From Eledone cirrhosa (lineage: Eukaryota), in NCBI GenBank assembly GCA_964016885.1, contig OZ024742.1, positions 336,598,001-336,662,000 of the forward strand: a stretch of DNA of 64,000 bases, read 5' to 3'. Below the pieces are notes generated by a model. It did not search any database. It was given only the letters and a program-made list of their open reading frames with translations, and was not told the DNA's origin. A program made the translations under genes and the position numbers. Positions within the stretch are counted from its first letter, which is position 1. Each line of letters begins with the position of its first letter. Shown here one piece after another: positions 1 through 11,772 of this stretch.

Positions 1-837
1 GATGGAAAGAAAATGTTAATATGTATTAAGAATAATATTTAAGGGTTTAATAATATGTGCGATGGAAAGAAAATGTTGATATGTATTATTAAAAAAACAA
101 CAAGTAATGTAAGTAAGGATATATTGTGACATGAGCATGAGTAAGTTAGATGAAAGGGAGAAAAAAATAATGAATTGAGGATGAATAATCTAACGTCAAA
201 AAATATGTCTAAAGGATTTTTGCGAAGGATTTTTTCAAGGTGATATAAGATAAGAATATATTGTATTGTGTAATAATTGTTTCAATGTTAGGCACAGTGA
301 GAAAAGGTACAGATTAGGGGTTAGAAATTAAAAGAAAAAGAAAAGAAAAGGAAAAGGAAGAAGGGGAAGTGATAAATAGGAGTGATATAGAATGAGTAAC
401 AAGTATTATATAATGTATAATAAATAACTTTGAAATAAGGTAGAAAGATGGGTATATTTTTAAAGAAGTATATATATATATATATGTGCTTTTGAGAAAA
501 GGATTCTAAATTGATAAAGTATTGGATATTAGCTGTATACTTTGTGGAAAGTTCTGTGGAATTTATGCAAGCAGAGAGAAAACAAGTCAGTGCGTCTATT
601 TATTATAGAATCTAAATTAGATATAATGGTAAATTTTTCATTTAGACAGAGATTGCAAGTCTTGGATAGAGAACTGTTCGAAGCATACTAAAATGCGCAT
701 AATAAAATACATGGAACTCTTTTAACCATCTTTTGATCTTATATATTATGTATACTCCAGTCCTACAAACTGTAGAGTGCTTCTTATCCGATATCTGCAT
801 TGCTTTATTGTACTACAATAAAACTCACCTCCTACAT
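1..837 (-). mobile_element. Penelope-like element 3' fragment (endonuclease C-terminus + 3' UTR) with short inverted terminal piece at 799-837
   Basis: Minus strand 660->529 translates TCNLCLNEKFTIISNLDSIINRRTDLFSLCLHKFHRTFHKVYS*, the same CxLCxxE...NxR/K...CxHK tail as the PLE ORF ending at 17713. 799-837 is the reverse complement of 63963-64000. Confidence 0.7.
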
Positions 838-894
838 ATATATACATATATATACATATATATATATATATACATATATATACATATATATATA

Positions 895-984
<90 letters not shown>

Positions 985-1068
985 AATACACATATATACA
1001 CTCTCCTGAGCGTGAATCTAATAAACATTTGTCGTACTGCCTCTCTGTTCTGTCCCTGTTCAATTTTT

Positions 1069-1118
<50 letters not shown>

Positions 1119-1312
1119 GTTATATAGTTGTTATATAGTAAGGTGCAATATTGGTTGTGTAAAAAGGTCCAATAACTTTATGTTAGCAATATTAAGTTCT
1201 CCACGCTTTTGTATATCTCCAATTCCATTCAAGGGAACAGTTAGATGATGTAAAACGGAGTATAAGTATCAAAATGAAAATCCGAAGTCAAGGTAAAATT
1301 CCAATTATTTAA

Positions 1313-1386
1313 TCACGACACATGTTTCAATAAGAGATAGATCGATTGTGAAGCCACGATCGATTATCACTGATCTCATCAGGTGA
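1313..1386 (-). ncRNA. Type I hammerhead ribozyme motif (inverted copy)
   Basis: Reverse complement reads tcac CTGATGA gat...att GAAA c atgt GTC gtga. Confidence 0.7.
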
Positions 1387-2312
1387 AAATGAATTGTCTT
1401 CAAATTTATTGATATGAGGGAGAAAAAACGATGTTTCCTCACATAATTCATTCCCTCATATGGAAACACACCAGTCAGGCAGAGATAAGGCGACTGCTAT
1501 TAGCTTAAATTGAGGTCACAAAAGTTTTCAGACTTCCATCGCTGCAAAAGACGCTGGACATCGAACAAATCCGTAGGGATGCAGTCAATTACAGTTAGAA
1601 GTGAGTGGATACAGACACACTCCACATCCGCATACATCCTTTGGGGGGGGGGGGGGGGCTGATTCGGATGTGTATATACCATTTACCATAACACACACTT
1701 GAAGATATTGATGTTACAATTGGATCTTTACACGTACAACAGAACACTGAACTGAACTTACTTGCGCGCACGCGCTTGTGTCTGTGTGTATGTGTGTGTA
1801 GCGTTGGTTAACCTAACATTTCCGATTTACATCATCAAATTGAGATTTGACCGACATAACTTCTGTTGCTTTACGAACTAACTTTTCGGTGATTGCTGTG
1901 TTGGTACATTCTTATATATGCTTTTTCTCGAATGTCGCTTCGGTGTGTGTTGGAGTGTGTGTGTACTCACCCACGCTAATTCTGCTGGTTTAATACTGTG
2001 TTGTTGTGTGTATATGTATTTATTTTTATGTTTATTTTTATTTTTATTTGACCTCGAGTCGATGTATGCGGGTGTGGAGTGTGTCTGTATCCACTCACTT
2101 CTAACTGTGACTGACTGCATCCCTACGGATTTGTTCGATGTCCAGCGTCTTTTGCAGCGATGGAAGTCTGAAAACTTTTGTGACCTCAATTTAAGCTAAT
2201 AGCAGTCGCCTTATCTCTGACTGACTGGTGTGTCTCCATATGAGGGAATGAATTATGTGAGAGAACATCGTTTTTTCTCCCTCATATCAATAAATTTGAA
2301 GACAATTCATTT

Positions 2313-2386
2313 TCACCTGATGAGATCAGTGATAATCAATCGTGGCTTCACAATAGATCTATCTCTTATTGAAACATGTGTCGTGA
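2313..2386 (+). ncRNA. Type I hammerhead ribozyme motif
   Basis: Stem I tcac/gtga, core CTGATGA (2317-2323), GAAA (2371-2374), palindromic ACATGT, GUC triplet with predicted cut after 2382. Confidence 0.7.
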
Positions 2387-3064
2387 TTAAATGATTGAAA
2401 TTTTACCTTGCCTTCGGATTTTCATTTTTATATATATATATATATATATCAAAATGAAAATCCGAAGGCTGACCATTATCACAACAACGAACCTCTTTAC
2501 TACTACTACTACACACACACACACATATATTTGTTGCGAAAGACTTATCTCTCAGTCAGCCGACACAAACCTACATTTGGCGCAAAATCAATTTTTTACA
2601 TTCACATGACCTCTACCGACCAATCAAAATTGTTTTGACCACAAGAATTTTTGCAACACGAATTGGCGCAAAACTTATTTTAATACCGCTGGAGCCACTT
2701 TTTTAACATAAAAACAGGTAGAATTCCCAAAACTAATCAGATTAGAGCAAACATCACGGACGCTCTATCTCAAAATTATTTTTGAAAAGCATTAGAAATG
2801 CGCAACCGGTAAAACTTAAAACCAAAACTTAATACTAACCAATACTATTACTAATTATCACTTATTCCGAATTAAACTATTTTTCACTGTGAACAATTTG
2901 TCAGCATTTTCTATTCCGTTTACCAATATATAGCAAGAAAGTAAGTGTTGGTAAAATCCAGTACTTCAGTATACGGATAGGGAGCACTCAACGAAGATAT
3001 AAGTTCCGGAGTTATAAAAGCGACGAAACATAAGTCAATTGCATGAAATCATAATCCTTTATTT

Positions 3065-3120
3065 ACTGCTATATCTATTTCGATGATAGCCATTGAATGG
3101 CTATGACCTCATCAGGCAGT
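3065..3120 (-). ncRNA. Type I hammerhead ribozyme motif
   Basis: Reverse complement: actgc CTGATGA ggtc-atagccat-tca-atggctat-catc GAAA t agat ATA gcagt; 5-bp stem I, long stem II, AUA triplet. Confidence 0.75.
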
Positions 3121-3660
3121 TAGTCAGTTCTTAGATATGCCAGCTCTGTGTTTATGGTGTTGTTGATATCAGAGCCTTGTCCCAACACACGCGTATATAT
3201 ATATGTAAATGTGTATGGGCACGGACACACGCACGTATGTCTCTTTGCATGTATGCATTAAAGATGAATAATGTGATACGATACTTTATTAAATGTTGCA
3301 ACCACTTCGTAGATATGAACTATAGATTGTTAATATAAAGAATAGCATTATGTTTCTTCGATTTCACAGTCTCTGGTTTAACGAAGATAGAAATTGGTAT
3401 TGCGAAAAACGACACGATTCCTTTTATTCACATGACTGTGACGAGTAATTTGATATGTGCAACAAGTTTCCACTATGTTTTACGATCTGCTATTGCATTG
3501 TATCTAAGACAATACTATCACCCCTACAACACCAGCTGTCTCCCATGTCTGTATCTCTCATTCACCAATCAATCTCTCCTTCTTTCTTCTCTTTTCCTGC
3601 TCTCATTATAGTCTTCAATACCTCTTGTCCAGTGCCTTTCTATACATGTCTATGTTGTCT

Positions 3661-3775
3661 CTCCGTCGGTTTCGACATCGGGTATTCCACTTTTTCGAAC
3701 AACGGAACAGCCTGCATATGAAATTAACGTTCAAGAGACTGAGCATTCCACAGATACATGCAACCTTAACGTAGT
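3661..3775 (-). mobile_element. CORE-type SINE 3' fragment
   Basis: Shares aacggaacagcctgc...gaaattaacgt...ctgagcattccacag with the copies at 26656 and 27595. Confidence 0.6.
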
Positions 3776-5289
3776 ATTGGGGGGGGGCGCATTTAGCGTA
3801 ATACAATGCGTAGTAAGTCAGGTTCTTTGGATTACTGATACAATTCATTTCAACCAGCTGCCGCGAATCAACCTGACAACTTTTCGATCGTAAACCGAAC
3901 ACCTTAATCAGTAATTCCTGCGCCTCCATGAGGCTTTCTATAAAGCTGTCAAAATTGAAATGAAGCTCATTGGAATCCATGTCTCCACTCCTCTAATTAT
4001 TTAACTTGGATCGAATTTTTGGTTCTCTTCGTTGGATGTTTTTAAAAAATGTGTCGTTTCTTTAAAGGTAAGCGAATATTTGATTGGTCCAACCGTATTT
4101 CTTCTGTATTCGCAATCCTTCGTTATCTTAGTCTCTTTGTAGGTGAGTTGTTATTCGTGGCAGCCACCATAAAATAAAGACAGAAGAATACAGTTGTTTG
4201 CGGTAGCTATGCCATTTTCTGAGAAATCGAATGTCGTTTGGTAATGCAATTACCGTTTTCAGAAAACGACGATAAATAAATAAATAAATAATACTATAAG
4301 CAAAAACAATTGTAATTTAAAAATATATGTATGTAAATGTCATTTTGAAATAAATGTCATTTTCAAATTCCATTGTCATTCTAAAATATAATTGTCACAA
4401 ATTTTAAAATTACTGAAGCCAAATGTCATTTGTGAATGTAATTGCTGTTTTCAAAAGATAAAACAAGAAAGCAATTGTTATTTTTTAAATGTTAGTTACG
4501 ATTTAAACGACAAAAAAGTAAAATAAAAGAACAACAACCCCACCCCCCAAGCGAAAGAAAGAAGAATATAGAGGAGGGGAACTATCCTTTCTTGGCTGGA
4601 GAGCATATTTTTGTTGCGCCCTACAAGCAAGATTGCAGAAATGGAGAAAAGAGCCAGCGATACCTGCTTGTATTTCAGGCGTGATACCATCATTCTGATT
4701 TGGTGGAGGACTGGAAATATACAAATGAATCTATATATTTCCAGTCCGGATCTGGAGAAAAATAAATAGTGCACTGCTCATGAGGAAAGTTGAGGAAGTG
4801 TTGAAGGGCACCTATGCCTACTGCGTGGGGATGGCCGTGTAGAGAGACTTTATGTCGAGGCTGAAGAGGATATGGGATGAACTAGGTGGAAAGATGAAGA
4901 AGTCAAAGAGAGGGTGGACCTGGTTGTTGTTGGATAAGTGGGGGAGGAGTGTGGCTACTAGATGTAAAAACTAGATGTGGTGATGTAAAAAAGGTGTGGA
5001 GGGGGGGTGAGAGGGTAAATTGGGAGTGTGAGTGGCGGGAAGGAGGGATTTTAGCTTGTGGAGTTTGGTGGAGGTGAGGAAAGAGAAAGGTTTGCGGTTG
5101 AGGTGTTGGATAAAGAGAAGGATGGAATGAGCGAGGAAGGGATGACAGGGGGAACAGAGAAGAAGAAAGTTCACGATGGGTTTGGTGGAGGTGGAAGCCG
5201 ATATATATATATATTTACTCTTTTACTCTTTTACCTGTTCCAGCCATCCGGCTGAGGCCATGCTGAGGCACCGCCCTTGTTGCTACACA

Positions 5290-5568
5290 TTTTATCTGCA
5301 GCCTGTATTGGTTGGCCGCTGGTGCAAGAGGGAGTTCGTTGCTGCTGCCCTTAGGTTTCCCTCGTGCCTTGCTGTGGGCTCATCCAGGATCCTGGATAGC
5401 AAGGTGTCGAGATGTTTCTTGAAAACATCCACATCCACACCATACAGATCTCTCAGATCCCTCGGCAGCTTGTTGAAGAGTTGAGAGCCCTTGAACCCCA
5501 GGCTATTGCAATATCTGCTCCTTATTCTAGATGTGGAAGACGGGACCTTTGGCACTACACAGTGGTGA
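5290..5568 (-). mobile_element. LINE 3' fragment (CR1/L2/Jockey-group ORF2 C-terminus)
   Basis: Translation contains SLGFKGSQLFNKLPRDLRDL...VFKKHLDTLL...DEP, a typical LINE ORF2 tail; clade uncertain. Confidence 0.65.
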
Positions 5569-5605
5569 TATAGATATATATCATATATATATATATACAT
5601 ACATC

Positions 5606-5634
<29 letters not shown>

Positions 5635-5637
<3 letters not shown>

Positions 5638-5851
5638 GTATTTCCGTAGGAAGGGTAAAGGAAAGGAGAGTGCTCTATGTATGCTACAGGCCTATTTAAT
5701 TATGTAATAAACAACATAAGACAATTATTCCATTTACCAAAGGTTTCACGAAGACAGACGAGCTCAACAGAGACGTCTGAAATCTCTCATCAGAATCTGA
5801 TGAGCGATTTCAGACGGTAAATGGAATAATTGTCTTATGTTGTTTATTACA

Positions 5852-5856
<5 letters not shown>
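5635..5856. mobile_element. Small fold-back element with HHR motif (5732-5796, minus strand)
   Basis: Arms 5701-5739/5816-5854 and 5774-5793/5797-5816. Palindrome centre ctcatcag-aat-ctgatgag. Reverse complement reads att CTGATGA gaga...GAAAC ctttg GTA aat. Flanked by (TA)n. Confidence 0.7.
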
Positions 5857-5913
<57 letters not shown>

Positions 5914-5920
<7 letters not shown>

Positions 5921-6124
5921 GTGAGGTTTTTTTTACAAAATGAAAAATAACCGAGGTGTCCTACACGAGTGAAAGTATAAAGAAAAAGAGATGAAATCGA
6001 AAATGCAACTGAAGTCTTATTTTTTTTTTAAATATATATATTTATTTGGTTCCTTTACCGGTTTCGCAGTTCTTCTGCTTTTCAAAAGGTGAGTTGAGAT
6101 GGAGGGTCTGTGGTTTTTCTCACA

Positions 6125-6127
<3 letters not shown>
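5914..6127 (-). mobile_element. PLE-like terminal fragment, copy of 51231-51440
   Basis: Near-identical to 51231-51440, retains only the HHR 3' half (gcGAAAC-CG-GTA on minus), (TA)n on both sides. Confidence 0.65.
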
Positions 6128-6180
<53 letters not shown>

Positions 6181-6182
<2 letters not shown>

Positions 6183-6387
6183 GGAAAACGAAGAATCGGA
6201 ACTCAATTTATTACGTATTACAATTGTTTGTCGAGGTGCGATCTGTGTGTGGATCGAACCTGACTCTGGATTCTCAGGTTCCTCAGACACGTCTAGTGAT
6301 TTCGGAGCAAAGAGGATTTCGGAGAGTTCCCATGGTATCACTGATTCTTCGTTTTCCATTTTATCATACTCTGCTCCGTAGAAGCAT

Positions 6388-6391
<4 letters not shown>
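6181..6391. mobile_element. Fold-back element with degenerate HHR (6213-6292, minus strand)
   Basis: 17-bp inverted repeat 6181-6197/6343-6359. Reverse complement: acgtgt CTGAGGA [branched stem II] cAAAC aatt GTA atacgt; 6-bp stem I, GAAA mutated. Confidence 0.6.
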
Positions 6392-6460
<69 letters not shown>

Positions 6461-6480
6461 TGTATATATGCATATATATC

Positions 6481-6603
<123 letters not shown>

Positions 6604-6659
6604 TATATATATATGCATATATATCTATATATCTATATATATACATATATAATATATAT

Positions 6660-6816
6660 AGAAGATCCCGTTATGGGTGAAAGCAGCGATTCTTTGCTTA
6701 AACTTTAATCTGTTATTTTAATAAATATTTGCTCTACGGTTCTTATGTATTTGATATATATTTATCCTTATCGAGCCCTCTTTGGATTTTAGTCTTCACA
6801 TTTATTATTATTACTA
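6660..6816 (+). mobile_element. 5'-truncated copy of the 55950-56800 repeat family
   Basis: Matches the reverse complement of 55958-56114 and, in part, 56732-56798; (TA)n flanks. Confidence 0.75.
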
Positions 6817-7242
6817 TATATATATATATATATATATGCATGCCTGCATCATGTATGTATGTATGTATGTATGAATGTATATATGTTTGCATGTATGTAT
6901 ATGCATGTGTACATATACATATATGTTATCGATATATAGGTAGCTGCATTGACATTTCCTGAAATGAGATTTCGTAGCAAAATATCTAATGTGTAGTTCA
7001 GACAGTCTTTCTATTATTTATTCATCAGAACTGTCAAAGAACTTGCTTAGGATTAACTACGACATCCTCTGAACAATATTAAATCTATGCAAGGATTGCC
7101 AAATAGGACGTCAGTAGAACATATAAAATGCTCATATGCCTGTACTCTAACTATTTATCTATTTATTTGCTGACTTGCTGCGTGGTGTTGATGGACCCTC
7201 CGTCGACTCTCGACGATGAGTGTTCAAGCTTTGTCGCTATAT

Positions 7243-7311
7243 ACGCTTAGCTCAGTGATTATAGCAATCAGCCCGTATCTGAAAGATATGGAGTTCGATT
7301 CTTTATAGCGT
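7243..7311 (+). pseudogene. tRNA-like sequence (pseudo-tRNA or SINE head)
   Basis: Acceptor-like acgct/agcgt, A-box TAGCTCAGTGATT and B-box GTTCGATTC; anticodon and T arms do not pair well. Confidence 0.45.
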
Positions 7312-7454
7312 CCGCTGGCCACTTTTTTTACTTTAAAGGGTCTTTACATACTTTCTAAGCTATTTATACCAACCAACTGTATTAATATAGATTTTCTCAC
7401 ATTTTTTATGGACCCATATTCTCTCGGCGGTTCGAAAGTTCGGACTTTGCATAC

Positions 7455-7521
<67 letters not shown>

Positions 7522-7818
7522 GTACAGCGGCGATGGAAGCATTTCTGAATTGTGGTGGTGGGGCTTTGGACAATTTAGTTGTAGTGATTAGTTTAGCTCT
7601 TTCCATTCTAAAATGGTCAGAAAACTTCGATATCCGATAAACATATCATGTACATAAATTGTAGTGAATATCCAAATAGATGTGCATATATATACCGTAT
7701 TTCCCGACATCGAAAACGCTACTTTTTTCCTAAACTAAGTCTTAAAAATCTACCATGCGTCCTGGAGGCCGAAGGTTGTTTTTTATTGTTTTTTTGTTTT
7801 TTTTTATTTTTAATGAAA

Positions 7819-7868
<50 letters not shown>

Positions 7869-7910
7869 TTTCATTTATTATGGCTCTTGGTGAGCTTTGT
7901 TACTCTAAAG

Positions 7911-8388
7911 CAGGAATCGGCAAGCAACCTACGGATCCGGCCTGCGAAGGGATTTTGACCGGCCCGCGAGAACTGATGCCCAATGAATGGTTTATTAAAA
8001 TTATTATAATATGAGAAACGAGATAATATCTTGGCATCAACAAGTTTGAAGCCTAATATTGAGAAGCTTTCAAGGAACAAAAAACATCAAGTTTCCAATT
8101 AATTTTTTGGCTGCTGTGTGTTTTTAAGATTTTATAAACAAATGATTCCAATGATGTCTTAAATTGAATAAATGATGTTTTTCCATTACTACATTCATCT
8201 GTGGTTAATACAAATTATTTTAATGTATAGTCAACACTCGTGATTAAATCTTATCTTGTAATTTCCCATAAATATTAAATCTTATCTTGTAATTTCCCAT
8301 AAATATTCTTTTATGGCCTTCGTCCGACCCGCTATCCGTCATTAATACTCGATGCGGCCCGTGGAGGCAAAGAAGTTGCGGATCCCTG
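7911..8388. mobile_element. hAT (Charlie-like) non-autonomous DNA transposon
   Basis: Perfect 8-bp TSD ctctaaag (7903-7910 and 8389-8396), termini CAGG...CCCTG, subterminal cggcc(c)gcga motifs. Confidence 0.85.
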
Positions 8389-8426
8389 CTCTAAAGTTTC
8401 ACCTGCGCACTCACAGGATGACCAGT

Positions 8427-8475
8427 CTTGTCTGATGATTCTGTGAGTACGCAGGTAAAACTCCAGAGTTACAAG
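8427..8475 (+). ncRNA. Type I hammerhead motif (G12 mutated in this arm)
   Basis: cttgt CTGATGA ttctgtgagtacgcaggt aAAAC tccaga GTT acaag; the opposite arm retains GAAAC. Confidence 0.65.
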
Positions 8476-8732
8476 GCTTAGCCATAATAAATGAATATTT
8501 AAACTCTATTTCGGTATTGAGTTTTCATTCTTAAGTCCGTCAATAATGCACGTACTCTCATGTCTTTAATAATCGACCCCACACCACGCTTATTAATTTT
8601 GTCAGATCCCCCACCCCGGGTTTTATTCCCCCCGCCCCACCCGACTCCTACCTGCTTATTAAATTTTGCTAATCTATCTCCGGCAAAATTTTATTGTAAG
8701 TTATTCATATTGATACAGCAGCTGGAGAATCT

Positions 8733-8917
8733 AATAATTGTTTCTACTTTTGGCACAAGGCCAGCAATTAACCAGTGCATTACTGTTACTTTATTTTATC
8801 GACCCCGTAAGTTTGAAAGCAAAGTTAACCTCAGCGGGATTTGAACTCAGAATGGCAAGGGCCGTAACTCTATGCGTCAAAGCATGGTGTCCGACCCTCT
8901 ACCAATACTGACAATCC
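8733..8917 (-). mobile_element. tRNA-derived SINE with Meta domain
   Basis: Reverse complement has B-box GAGTTCAAATCC followed by a Meta-like ...GGGGTCGATAAAATAAAGTA. At least 8 further copies in the window. Confidence 0.8.
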
Positions 8918-9054
8918 TTGTATTTTACATTAAAAAACATTACATATGACAAAAGAAGAACATTACAAGAAATCCCATATTTACGAACGTAAACTATACA
9001 ATTACTGATTTCCCAACCACCCCTATTATTGCCACCCCTCCTATTATTTGGGCC

Positions 9055-9704
9055 ACCAAACTCTATTCCTCTCTATGTCTGTGACACAAAATTCTCTTTT
9101 AATCCCCCTCTCTGTATCTACTAAAACCAAACTCTACCCCTCTTTATATCTACCACGACACGGCCTCTCTTATCCAACTCTCTATATCTACGAATAATAC
9201 ACTCTCTATAAATATCTACACTTATTTCTCCCTTTAATCCTTTCTGTATATCTACAACCACCAAATTCTCCCCCTCTACACGGTACTCTCTTCCAATCCC
9301 CCTCTCTATATCTACTACACGGAACTCTCTCCCAACCCACCTCTCTATATCAGTTACCACCAAACAATCCCCTCTCTATATCTAGCATACAGCCTTCTCT
9401 CTCATTCTCTCTCCCTCTATCTATCACTACCAAACTCTCCCCCTCTACATATCTATCAATACCTATCTCTATCAATCATCTCCCTCTATTCATTACCACC
9501 AAACTCTCCCCCTCTCTACATCAACCATACAACATACTCTCCCGATCCCCCTCTCTATATGAATTAACACCAAACCCTCCCCCTCTATATATCTACTTCA
9601 CGGAACTCATTCCACCCCCCTCTCTCTCAATTAACACCAAACTCTCCCCCTCTCTATATCTACTACACGGAACTCTCTTCCAATCCCCCTCACTATATCA
9701 ATTA
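9055..9704. repeat. CT-rich minisatellite (~35-76 bp units); resumes at 15437-15565
   Basis: Recurrent caccaaactctccccctctctatatcta / cacggaactctcttccaatccccc on both sides of the LINE. Confidence 0.8.
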
Positions 9705-9909
9705 CCGCTTGATATAGACGTGAATTACTTCGCTCCGGATTTTTACGGATTATTGTCAAAAAAACTGTGAGTTCATTGCCCAATTTAATAGCATTGTTTA
9801 GTTTAACCCCTTGCCTGGGCCTTCAGACGTTGAGTCAACTAATTTTCGCCCCCTTCTGGGGCGAAATTTTCATTTTCATCTCAAAACTGTGTAGACTTGG
9901 TAGTCAGCA

Positions 9910-11730
9910 ATGGATGCCATTTCCACCTCGCACACTGTCGTGAGTGCCACGCCCACTAAGAAAAGTGGTGGAGGGAAGGTAAGAGTACAAAGCTTGCAGC
10001 CTTCCTCCCTCGCATTATCGAAAAACGTTGAAAATATTGAAACCACGAAACCAAACCCGGTAAATAATACCAGCACCAACAACAAGAACAATGACAATAA
10101 CACCACAACCAACAACTGCGACAATAGCAACACCAAGGAAAACATGAACAATATTACCAACAGTGACAACAACAGCAGCAACAAAAAAGACAACACCAAA
10201 ACAACATTCGCACAGACTGTAAAAAAAAACGAACTATATACGCCAATAGACATAACAAATGCTAAACAACTATTACAAGACGCAAAACAATTCGTGACTT
10301 TTGGCGAAAACGGTGCTTTTAGCATCAATTCTCCACAGGAATTATGTAGAGAGGCTGTCCTGAAAACTGGTTTTCAGGACAATATCGAACGAAACAAGAA
10401 AACCAGCTCAATTATCACAAAATGAAATTGAGCTGGTTCTAAAAGATGCAATGAAGGGCATAACCTTCATACAAAAAGGTAAACTGTTTGGTAGCATTTC
10501 GGTGCTAATGAACAACCAGTCAACAGCACAAAAGTACTCGGTATCACCCATTGTGTCCCCCCGCTTCACCTTTTTCCCCACATACAGGGGAAAAAGGTCA
10601 CAAAGAATAAAAATAATGAGTATCACACCAAATGTAAATATTTGGTGGATACTATGTGGAATCATTGACTTTGATGAAGACAAGATAATTTCAATAGGAA
10701 AGTCCTCCGGAGGTGTATTTGGTGGGACCAGCGTAGAAGTTCTGGTGCAAATGAGCCCAGAACGAATAGCGAATATCCCACAACGCGTGCCTCTGGACGG
10801 GCTAACTTATATAAACATTTCAGTGGAGGGAAGGCGGCCGTCATGTTACCACTGCTTAAGCAGGGGCCACCTGAGGGCTGCCTGTCCTCAATTAACGAGT
10901 AAAAAAAAAGGCTCTTCTGCCAACCCCGAACACAACAACACAACCACCACCACCACCACCACCACCACAACAACAACAACAACAACAACAACCACAACAA
11001 CACGGAAAAATAACAGCACAAAACACTGTTCCACCCAACCCAACCCCACCTAAAAATAATACAAAAGCAACCACAACAAAACCCAAAAATATACCCCTCC
11101 CCAACAAGACGGAAGAGGGCTCCGTATCAACGTCACCCAGTGACGACGAGGGAGAACCCTTTCAACAGGTGAAAAGGAAAAAAAAAAGGCACCACATTAA
11201 CAAAAATGTTACAAACACACAACCACCAGTACAAACAGAACTAACATCACAAACAAAAAAAACCCAACCCTCCCCAAAACATAACACATACTACAAAACG
11301 CAAACACGCACAAGAACAACAAACAAAAACAAACACAACACAACAAAAACTCTATACATACATTAACAAGAACAATAAAACGTTGATGAAAGCAATAGAA
11401 AATAACCCTTCGGTGGAAACCGAAGGGATCACTTTCACCTACGCAGCGAACAAACCGCACCTAATGATGATTAGGGTCCCAACGGAAACCTATGTAACTT
11501 TGAAAAAGAACCATCCAATGCATGTGGGGACCACCTGCACCAAACCACTTAACCATGTCCTATTGAGATGTTTCCCCACCCTCACACCAGACACCCACAC
11601 CCCACCAAACACCCTAATCCCACCACACACTGATGTCCTCACCCCACCACAAACCACCACCCCACCAAACAACCCTTCCAACACCCCCATGGAAATTGTG
11701 CAGCCTGGTCCCCAGGAGACGAAGAGGTAA
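9910..11730 (+). pseudogene. Tx1 ORF1 (gag-like, zinc knuckle), disrupted
   Basis: Consecutive ORF pieces 9910-10425, 10451-11053 and 11383-11730; CYHCLSRGHLRAAC is a CX2CX4HX4C knuckle; low-complexity N/T tracts. Confidence 0.75.
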
Positions 11731-11772
11731 GTAATTTCCTTTCCTCTTCCTTTTTAACTCTTCAGCACCAAC

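Larger units (their letters stand above)
1268..2428. mobile_element. Fold-back non-coding PLE-like element with ~370 bp inverted arms (1270-1638 / 2061-2428)
   Basis: Arms are near-identical reverse complements, each carries an HHR motif, and the right arm ends in (TA)n. Confidence 0.85.
7868..8496. mobile_element. Fold-back HHR element interrupted by a hAT MITE
   Basis: With 7911-8396 removed, ttcatttattatggct...gtttcacctgcgcactcacagga is the reverse complement of ttctgtgagtacgcaggtaaaac...agccataataaatgaa. Confidence 0.75.

Noticed and set aside
7692-7740. Solo DNA-transposon-like termini (also 8553-8670, 28780-28813, 29205-29250, 52324-52362)
   Set aside because: Only one end is visible in each case, with no partner TIR or TSD.
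9055-9704. Repeat-spacer-like pattern
   Set aside because: Degenerate minisatellite; the intervening parts also repeat.
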